Part shown: piece by piece, positions 58,081 to 64,000 of the stretch
Layout of the letters: each line of letters starts with the position of its first letter
Position numbering within the stretch: position 1 is the stretch's first letter
Source: an uncultured Gemmatimonadota bacterium
GTDB lineage: Bacteria; SM23-81; DAOVCL01
Direction of reading: 5' to 3'
Assembly: GCA_964626665.1 (NCBI GenBank)
Contig: CAZVGK010000006.1
Coordinates: 1 to 64,000, forward strand
Length of the DNA: 64,000 nucleotides
Position numbers and translations under genes: made by a program
The notes under the pieces: model-generated
Database searches by the model: none
What the model was told of the DNA's origin: nothing
Seen by the model: only the letters and a program-made list of their open reading frames with translations

Positions 58081-59442
58081 ATGTCGATCAACCAGAAAGA
58101 AGGGTTGGAAGGAGAGCTAAATAGGGCTCAAAAGAGGATAACTCAGCTTGAGTTCACCAATCAATCCTTTCTTCAATCCCTTAGTCGATTGGAGTCCGCA
58201 GGGGAGTTCCAGGAGAGGGTCGAGTTATCCATAGGCCTGGATCAACTGGCAGAGATACTCCTGGAGGAGGCCGGAGAACTGATCAAGCTAGAGGTCTCTG
58301 CCCTGTTCCTGGTTGAGCCTCATTCTCAGGCCTTCAAACTGAAGTTATCCCGGCCTACGGATTCCGCCCCTCTCTCTCAGGAGGAGATCAAACAACAGAT
58401 AGAGACCGGTGTATTCTCCTGGGTGTTAAATCAGAGAAGATTGGCCGTAATCCCTTCCTTAGCCTTGGATGAGAGGAAGGGAGAGCTGATTATGGTCCCC
58501 CTCACCACAGCCAAGCGAACCATTGGGATGTTACTCGCCCTTGTCGGGGTGGCCGTTGATTTCATCCCCCAGGGGTCGCTTAAGCTCCTCTCAGTTATGG
58601 TCAAACAGGCATCCTTTGCCATTGAGAACAGTCAGTTGTATCAGGGCCTGAAGGATTATAGCCTTAATTTGGAGAAGATGGTGGAGGAGAGGACGCAAAA
58701 GCTAAAGGAGACCCAATCCCAGCTCTTCCGGTCCTCCAAACTGGCTGCGGTGGGACAGTCGGCGGCAGGAGTGGCTCATGAGCTGAACAATCCCTTAGGA
58801 GGTATTTTGGGGTATACCCAGTGGCTTCTGGAAAAACTGGAGGATGTCAACCTTCAAGGAGAGAATACTCACCAGATTGGGGAATGGTTGCAATTTATCG
58901 AAAAGGAGACCAAGAGGTGCAAGAAGATAGTAGGGGGGCTGCTCGGATTCTCCCGTAGCGCGGAGATGGATTTTAAACCCTTAGATATCAATCAGATTCT
59001 TCAGGAGACCCTTCTTTTCTCCGAGCCAAGCCTGAAGCAAAAGAGGATTAAACTGGTAAAAGGGCTTGACCTCTCTCTTCCTCAGATTAACGGGAATGCC
59101 GAACAACTTCAACAGGTTTTTACCAACCTGATACTTAATGCCCAAAAGGCGATGCCCCAAAGGGGAGTTCTTAAGATAAACTCTGAATTTGATCCCCAGA
59201 AAAGGGAGATACGGATAAGTTTTCGGGACACTGGGTGTGGCATACCGAATGAAATCCAAAGTAGGATATTTGAACCCTTCTTCACCACCAGCAAACCGGG
59301 TGAGGGAACGGGTTTAGGCCTCTCGGTGAGCTATGGAATAGTAAAGGGTCATGGTGGACATATAAAGGTGAAAAGCAAGGTGGGAAAGGGTTCAACATTT
59401 ACTGTCTTCTTGCCAGGGGGGGGGAACAATGTCCATGATTGA
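58081..59442 (+). CDS. GAF histidine kinase
   Basis: AIENS, AHELNNPL, QVFTNLILNA, DTGCG, FEPFFTT, GTGLGL. Confidence 0.92.
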   Translation: MSINQKEGLEGELNRAQKRITQLEFTNQSFLQSLSRLESAGEFQERVELSIGLDQLAEILLEEAGELIKLEVSALFLVEPHSQAFKLKLSRPTDSAPLSQEEIKQQIETGVFSWVLNQRRLAVIPSLALDERKGELIMVPLTTAKRTIGMLLALVGVAVDFIPQGSLKLLSVMVKQASFAIENSQLYQGLKDYSLNLEKMVEERTQKLKETQSQLFRSSKLAAVGQSAAGVAHELNNPLGGILGYTQWLLEKLEDVNLQGENTHQIGEWLQFIEKETKRCKKIVGGLLGFSRSAEMDFKPLDINQILQETLLFSEPSLKQKRIKLVKGLDLSLPQINGNAEQLQQVFTNLILNAQKAMPQRGVLKINSEFDPQKREIRISFRDTGCGIPNEIQSRIFEPFFTTSKPGEGTGLGLSVSYGIVKGHGGHIKVKSKVGKGSTFTVFLPGGGNNVHD

Positions 59443-60418
59443 AGGGAACGCCAAGCTACAGGCCGAGACATTGGTCGAAAGTATGAAGGATGAGGAGATA
59501 AACTCCATCTTAGTGGTTGATGATGAGGAGATAATGAGGAGTTTCCTGCAGGATGTCCTTACTGGCGAAGGTTACCAGGTGGATATTGTTCCCACTGGGG
59601 AGGAGGCAGTGGATAAAGTTGGCGAGAAGAGATACGATTTGGTGATCACCGATATAAAGATGTCGGGGATTGATGGAATTCAGGTCTTGAGCCAGGTGAA
59701 GGAGATCAACCCGGCCACTGAGGTAGTGGTGATGACCGGATACGCCTCCTTAGAGTCTGCAGTGGAGTCTATGAAGATGGGGGCTGCCGATTATATTACT
59801 AAACCCTTCAACATTGATCAGATAAGGATTGTGGTGGCCAAGACCTTAGAGAGGAAGAAGTTGCGGCAGAAGGCCGAAGATGAGGAGTTCTACAAGCATC
59901 TTTCGCGCACAGACGGGCTGACAAACCTCTATAACCAACGTTTTATGCATCAACTGTTGCAGTCTGAGATCTCGCGGGCCAAGAGGTTTCGCCAATCCCT
60001 TTGCCTTCTTATGCTTGATATAGACAACTTCAAGGTATACAACGATACAAACGGTCACCTGGCTGGCGATCAGGCCCTCAAGCAATTGGCCTGGATATTG
60101 AACAAATCCGTGCGCAGTTGTGATATGGTAGCCAGATATGGAGGTGAGGAATTTGTGGTTATTGCTCCCCAGACCGACCTGGAGGGGGGGGAGATACTGG
60201 CTACGAGGTTGAATCGGTTGGTGAGGGAGACCAAATTCGCCAAGGAGGAGGTCTTCCCCCAGGGGAGATTGACGGTAAGCATTGGTGTGGCCTGTTTCCC
60301 TGAGCAAGCTACAGACGAACGGAGCCTCATAGAGAGATCAGACCAAGCCCTTTATCAGGCCAAATCCAAGGGTAGGGACCAGGTTTGTCTCTATGGAGGG
60401 GCTAATGAAAAGGGCTAA
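59429..60418 (+). CDS. REC-GGDEF diguanylate cyclase
   Basis: VVDD..TD..MTG..KP receiver; RSCD I-site and GGEEF. Confidence 0.92.
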   Translation: MSMIEGNAKLQAETLVESMKDEEINSILVVDDEEIMRSFLQDVLTGEGYQVDIVPTGEEAVDKVGEKRYDLVITDIKMSGIDGIQVLSQVKEINPATEVVVMTGYASLESAVESMKMGAADYITKPFNIDQIRIVVAKTLERKKLRQKAEDEEFYKHLSRTDGLTNLYNQRFMHQLLQSEISRAKRFRQSLCLLMLDIDNFKVYNDTNGHLAGDQALKQLAWILNKSVRSCDMVARYGGEEFVVIAPQTDLEGGEILATRLNRLVRETKFAKEEVFPQGRLTVSIGVACFPEQATDERSLIERSDQALYQAKSKGRDQVCLYGGANEKG

Positions 60419-60764
60419 GGTTCTCGTAGTTGACGATGAGCCGGTGATCAGGAGCCTCCTCTCCGATGTCCTCCGCGAGGAAGGCCTGGATGTGGTGGTG
60501 GCCAAGGGGGGAGAGGAAGGGATAAGTAGGGCGAGAAAAGACAATTTTGATTTAATCTTTACCGATATTCATATGCCCGATGTAGATGGGATAGAGGTGC
60601 TTAAGGTGGTCAAGGGGATGAACAGATCGACTGAAGTTATCCTTATGAACAGCTATCCGGATGGCCTGGAAGAAAAGGGTTTAAACTTAGGGGCCTATGG
60701 CTGTCTGCACAAACCCTTCGAGCTAAGGGGGTTGCGGTCTATCTTAGAGGATCTGTTGCCATGA
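60405..60764 (+). CDS. Single-domain response regulator
   Basis: VVDDEP, FTDIHMP, HKPF; ATG 60405 after GGAGG. Confidence 0.88.
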   Translation: MKRAKVLVVDDEPVIRSLLSDVLREEGLDVVVAKGGEEGISRARKDNFDLIFTDIHMPDVDGIEVLKVVKGMNRSTEVILMNSYPDGLEEKGLNLGAYGCLHKPFELRGLRSILEDLLP

Positions 60765-62119
60765 GCAAGGTTCTGGTAGTAGACGACGAGGATGTGATTA
60801 GGGAGATGGTCAGGGAGGTCCTGGTGGGTGAGGGCTATGAGACTGTCACGGCGGAGGATGGTCGATCTGCCCTCAACAGGATCAAAGATGGGGGGATTAA
60901 CCTGCTGTTGACCGACATTAAGATGCCAGAGATGGGCGGAATGAAGTTGATCAAGGAGGCCAGGAAGTTGGACCCCGATCTGCTCTCCATAATAATGACT
61001 GGATATGGCACCTTGGAAACGGCAAGGAAGGCGATGAGGGAAGGGGCTTATGATTACCTTCTCAAGCCATTTGATCTGGTCGATTTGCGGATGGCCGTCT
61101 CCAGAGCCTTTGAGAGAAAGAGGCTAGATGAGGAGAATGCGCGCTTAAAACAGCTAACTGGCCTTTTTGAGGTTAGCCAGAAGTTAAGCGAAACCATAGA
61201 GAGGAATACACTCTCGGAGCTTCTCCTCCGCTCCGCCCTGGCCCAGACCCAGGCGGAACGGGGGGAAATATGGCTGGTGGATAGGGAGGGGAGGATGCAG
61301 GAGGTGGCCACCCACGGTGATGGTCTGGATCTAAAGGGGGTGGTGGGTGAGGTGGTCCAGGGGGGTGAACCCCTCTTCATGGCCGCAGATGAGGGGGAGC
61401 TAATCCTTCTCCCCTTAAAGGCCAGCAGGAAGGTGTTGGGGGTGATCGGTCTCCAGAAGGGCAGTGGCGGAAAGGGTTTTAGCCCGGGAGATCGAGAGCT
61501 ACTCAACCTTTTGGCCAACCAGGGAGCTATATCCTTAGAGAACAGCCACCTCTTCTCCAATCTTCAGGATGCCTATTTTTCCATTATAAAGTCCTTAAGC
61601 CTTCTCCTCGAGGTCAATGACCCCTATACAAAGGGGCACTCCCAGCGGGTAACCGAGCTCTGTCTGAAGTTGAGCAGAAAGCTTGGTTTGAAGGAGGGCG
61701 ATGTGCAGCTTTTAAAGCAGGCTGCCCCCCTGCACGATATAGGGAAGATAGCGATTAGTAATGGCATACTCCACAAGAAAGGGAAACTGAGCCCCAATGA
61801 TTGGAAGGCCATCAGATCACATCCCATTGTGGGGGATGAGGTCCTAGCCCCCATAGGTTTTTTGCAACAAGCCAGGAAGATCGTCCGTCATCATCACGAG
61901 AGGATGGATGGAAAAGGTTATCCAGATGGGTTAACTGGAGAGAAGCTTGACCTGCCCACCAGGATAATCATCGTTGCCGATGCCTACGATGCAATGGCCT
62001 CAGATCGTCCTTATCGGAACAGGCTCTCCCGGAAGAGGATCATCCAGGAATTTAGGGAAGGCGAGGGAATCCAGTTTGACCCCCAGATCGTCCATAGCCT
62101 TTTGGAGCTGTTAAATTGA
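60761..62119 (+). CDS. REC-GAF-HD-GYP phosphodiesterase
   Basis: Intact receiver, GAF, DPYTKGHSQR, HDIGK, HHERMDGKGYPDGL. Confidence 0.92.
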   Translation: MSKVLVVDDEDVIREMVREVLVGEGYETVTAEDGRSALNRIKDGGINLLLTDIKMPEMGGMKLIKEARKLDPDLLSIIMTGYGTLETARKAMREGAYDYLLKPFDLVDLRMAVSRAFERKRLDEENARLKQLTGLFEVSQKLSETIERNTLSELLLRSALAQTQAERGEIWLVDREGRMQEVATHGDGLDLKGVVGEVVQGGEPLFMAADEGELILLPLKASRKVLGVIGLQKGSGGKGFSPGDRELLNLLANQGAISLENSHLFSNLQDAYFSIIKSLSLLLEVNDPYTKGHSQRVTELCLKLSRKLGLKEGDVQLLKQAAPLHDIGKIAISNGILHKKGKLSPNDWKAIRSHPIVGDEVLAPIGFLQQARKIVRHHHERMDGKGYPDGLTGEKLDLPTRIIIVADAYDAMASDRPYRNRLSRKRIIQEFREGEGIQFDPQIVHSLLELLN

Positions 62120-63468
62120 GTTTCCTTCTGATTGCCGGGGAGAGGGAGAACCCCACCATGAAGGTGGTGCGGAAGATGGTTTCCCAGAGGGGGGGAGGAG
62201 AGGTCTGGGCTCAAACCCCACAGGAGGCCCTGCAGCTAGCCGATCAGAACTCTCCTCAACTTGCCTTGGTGGATCTCGATTATTTGGGGGAGAAGTCCTT
62301 TGAGCTGATCAGAAGGCTTAAGTCCAAGAACCAGAGACTAAGGGTGGCACTAACCTCATTCCAGTCCTCCTTAGAGGATGCCATGCGGGCTGTTCGGGCG
62401 GGGGCTGAGGATTTTATCCCCCTTCCTCAGAAGATGGATAAGCTGGAGTCATTTTTGGAGAAACGTCTCAATGTAGAGGTAAACCCTTATAGCTTGGAGG
62501 GAAAGGGATTTGAATGGATAATCGGGGAGAGCTCAAAGCTAAAGAAGGTTCTGGAAATAGCCAGGAAGGTCAGCAGAAGTTCAGCTCGCACAGTCCTCAT
62601 CAGGGGGGAGACGGGGACAGGAAAGGGACTTTTGTGCCGGGCGATTCACTACTCTAGCCCAAGGGCCGATAAGCCCTTTATAGAGGTGAACTGCACGGCC
62701 ATCCCAGAGACGCTTTTGGAGGCAGAGCTCTTTGGCCACGAGAAGGGGGCCTATACCGATGCCAAGGAGAAAAAGCTGGGCCTCTTAGAGTTGGCTAACC
62801 TTGGGACTATCTTTCTCGATGAGGTGGGGAATATGAGCCTCAACACCCAGGTTAAGCTCCTCAATGCCATAGAGGAGAGAAAGTTTAAGAGATTGGGGGG
62901 AACAGAGGATATTAGGGTTGATATGAGGGTAATTACTGCCACCAATAAGGATTTGGAATCTGCGGTGAAAGATGGGAACTTCCGTGAAGATCTCTACTAC
63001 AGGCTCAATGTGGTCTCCCTCCTGCTTCCTCCCTTAAGGGAGAGGGAAGAGGATGTGATCCTCTTGGCCCATCACTTCATTCAAAAATACAACCGGGAGT
63101 TTAACCGTCGGGTCAGGGGGCTTACCCCAGAGGGGGAGAGGTTCTTGCTGGGTTACAACTGGCCAGGCAATGTGAGGGAATTGAAGAACTTCATCGAGAG
63201 GGCAGTCCTCCTGGGGGAGGGGGACTTCATTGGCCCAGGGACAGGGAGCATACCCGATGGTCACTACTCCCTTAAGAGGGCCGATGCGGGAGAAGATGAC
63301 CTTGCCGGCCTAGTGATAGGCCTGCCCGAGATGGAAAAGGGGCTTATCCAGAGGGCACTTAGGTTGACTAAGGGGAACAAGAGCCAGACGGCCCGTCTCC
63401 TGGATATATCTCGCCCTCGCCTGCTGCGTAAGATAGAGAAATACTCCCTCCAGGAAGATCACCTGTAA
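62116..63468 (+). CDS. sigma54-dependent activator (atypical REC-AAA+-Fis HTH)
   Basis: GETGTGK, ELFGHEKGAYTDA, FLDE, FREDLYYRLN, WPGNVREL, NKSQTARLL. Confidence 0.92.
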   Translation: MSFLLIAGERENPTMKVVRKMVSQRGGGEVWAQTPQEALQLADQNSPQLALVDLDYLGEKSFELIRRLKSKNQRLRVALTSFQSSLEDAMRAVRAGAEDFIPLPQKMDKLESFLEKRLNVEVNPYSLEGKGFEWIIGESSKLKKVLEIARKVSRSSARTVLIRGETGTGKGLLCRAIHYSSPRADKPFIEVNCTAIPETLLEAELFGHEKGAYTDAKEKKLGLLELANLGTIFLDEVGNMSLNTQVKLLNAIEERKFKRLGGTEDIRVDMRVITATNKDLESAVKDGNFREDLYYRLNVVSLLLPPLREREEDVILLAHHFIQKYNREFNRRVRGLTPEGERFLLGYNWPGNVRELKNFIERAVLLGEGDFIGPGTGSIPDGHYSLKRADAGEDDLAGLVIGLPEMEKGLIQRALRLTKGNKSQTARLLDISRPRLLRKIEKYSLQEDHL

Positions 63469-63530
63469 CAAAATAGTTCACCACTGATACTACTCAGATC
63501 ACATTATAGTTTGCACATTGGTATTTTAAG

Positions 63531-63585
63531 TGTCATTGCGAGGCTTGTCCCGAGCGCAAGCGAGGGAACTGGCCGAAGCAATCTC
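63531..63585. repeat. Palindromic repeat family A copy
   Basis: Near-identical to the reverse complement of 41832-41886. Confidence 0.8.
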
Positions 63586-63732
63586 ATAGTCTAAACCTCC
63601 ATTAGGCGTTTTGGATTGCTTCGCTGCGTTCCCAATAAAAGTGTGCTGTCAGGAGTTACCTCCTGACAGCTCCTGAAAATTTCGATGAGCCGTCAGAACC
63701 CCGATTCTGACGGCAAAAGGTGGTTAGCGATC

Positions 63733-63800
63733 TGTAACAAAATAGACCATTAATTCGGCTATTTGGCAGTCTGATCATTTTGGTATACCAAAATGTTACA
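63733..63800. promoter_or_regulatory. Candidate enhancer (UAS) sites
   Basis: TGTAACAAAATAG (also at 63464), a perfect 20-bp palindrome CATTTTGGTATACCAAAATG (63776-63795) and an inverted TGTTACA. Confidence 0.5.
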
Positions 63801-63881
63801 GTTTACTCTTTCAAAAAAATCATAGGTATAAAAACCCGTTGCTAAACAATGAGTTGGGGCATTAGACTCCAGTCCTCTTCC

Positions 63882-63897
63882 TGGCACGCCACTTGCA
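63882..63897 (+). promoter_or_regulatory. sigma54 (-24/-12) promoter
   Basis: TGGCACG-CCAC-TTGCA, perfect consensus; IHF-like AAACAATGAGTTG at 63844-63856. Confidence 0.85.
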
Positions 63898-63938
63898 AGT
63901 AGTAAAGATGGAAAAGGAAAATTCACAGGAGGTGCCCC

Positions 63939-64000
63939 ATGCTTAAAGATCACAAATGGGAATTGGCCCTTATGGGTGGGTTCCTGCTTCTCACCCTTCT
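63939..64000 (+). CDS. 5' fragment of a probable exported or membrane protein (runs off the window)
   Basis: AGGAGGT RBS, then MLKDHKWELALMGGFLLLTL. Confidence 0.6.
   Translation, partial: MLKDHKWELALMGGFLLLTL

Overview
Bacterial chromosomal window, probably from an anaerobic diderm of the FCB-related candidate phyla (inferred from the PorV/PorQ-like and BamA-like genes, dxr and the HydABC/Nfn-type redox genes). It has four blocks. (1) 0.3-4.6 kb: accessory patch with a RelE-type toxin-antitoxin pair and two tandem archaeal-type P-loop ATPases. (2) 4.8-25 kb: polyprenol-phosphate/GT-C surface glycosylation locus plus envelope and housekeeping genes (csp, PorV-like, PIN module, lipoprotein, frameshifted serpin, rseP, dxr). 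(3) 25.6-43.3 kb, minus strand: redox island. It holds NfnAB linked to a HydC/HydB/FdhA-like module whose large subunit lacks the Mo/W ligand, and a gdhA-Zn-ribbon-NuoE-(NuoF::GltD fusion)-FeS-(FMN glutamate-synthase-like) run with a Rex-like box upstream. Between them sit an orphan integron-type cassette (attC) and an nfnB remnant. (4) 45.7-64 kb: about 18-kb signalling island bracketed by sigma54 promoters, with 2 GGDEF, 2 HD-GYP, HDOD, 2 histidine kinases, a Ser/Thr kinase-NTPase-TPR protein, receivers and a bEBP with an atypical receiver. Intergenic regions are mosaics of several palindromic repeat families. No rRNA, tRNA, CRISPR array, integrase or transposase was recognised.
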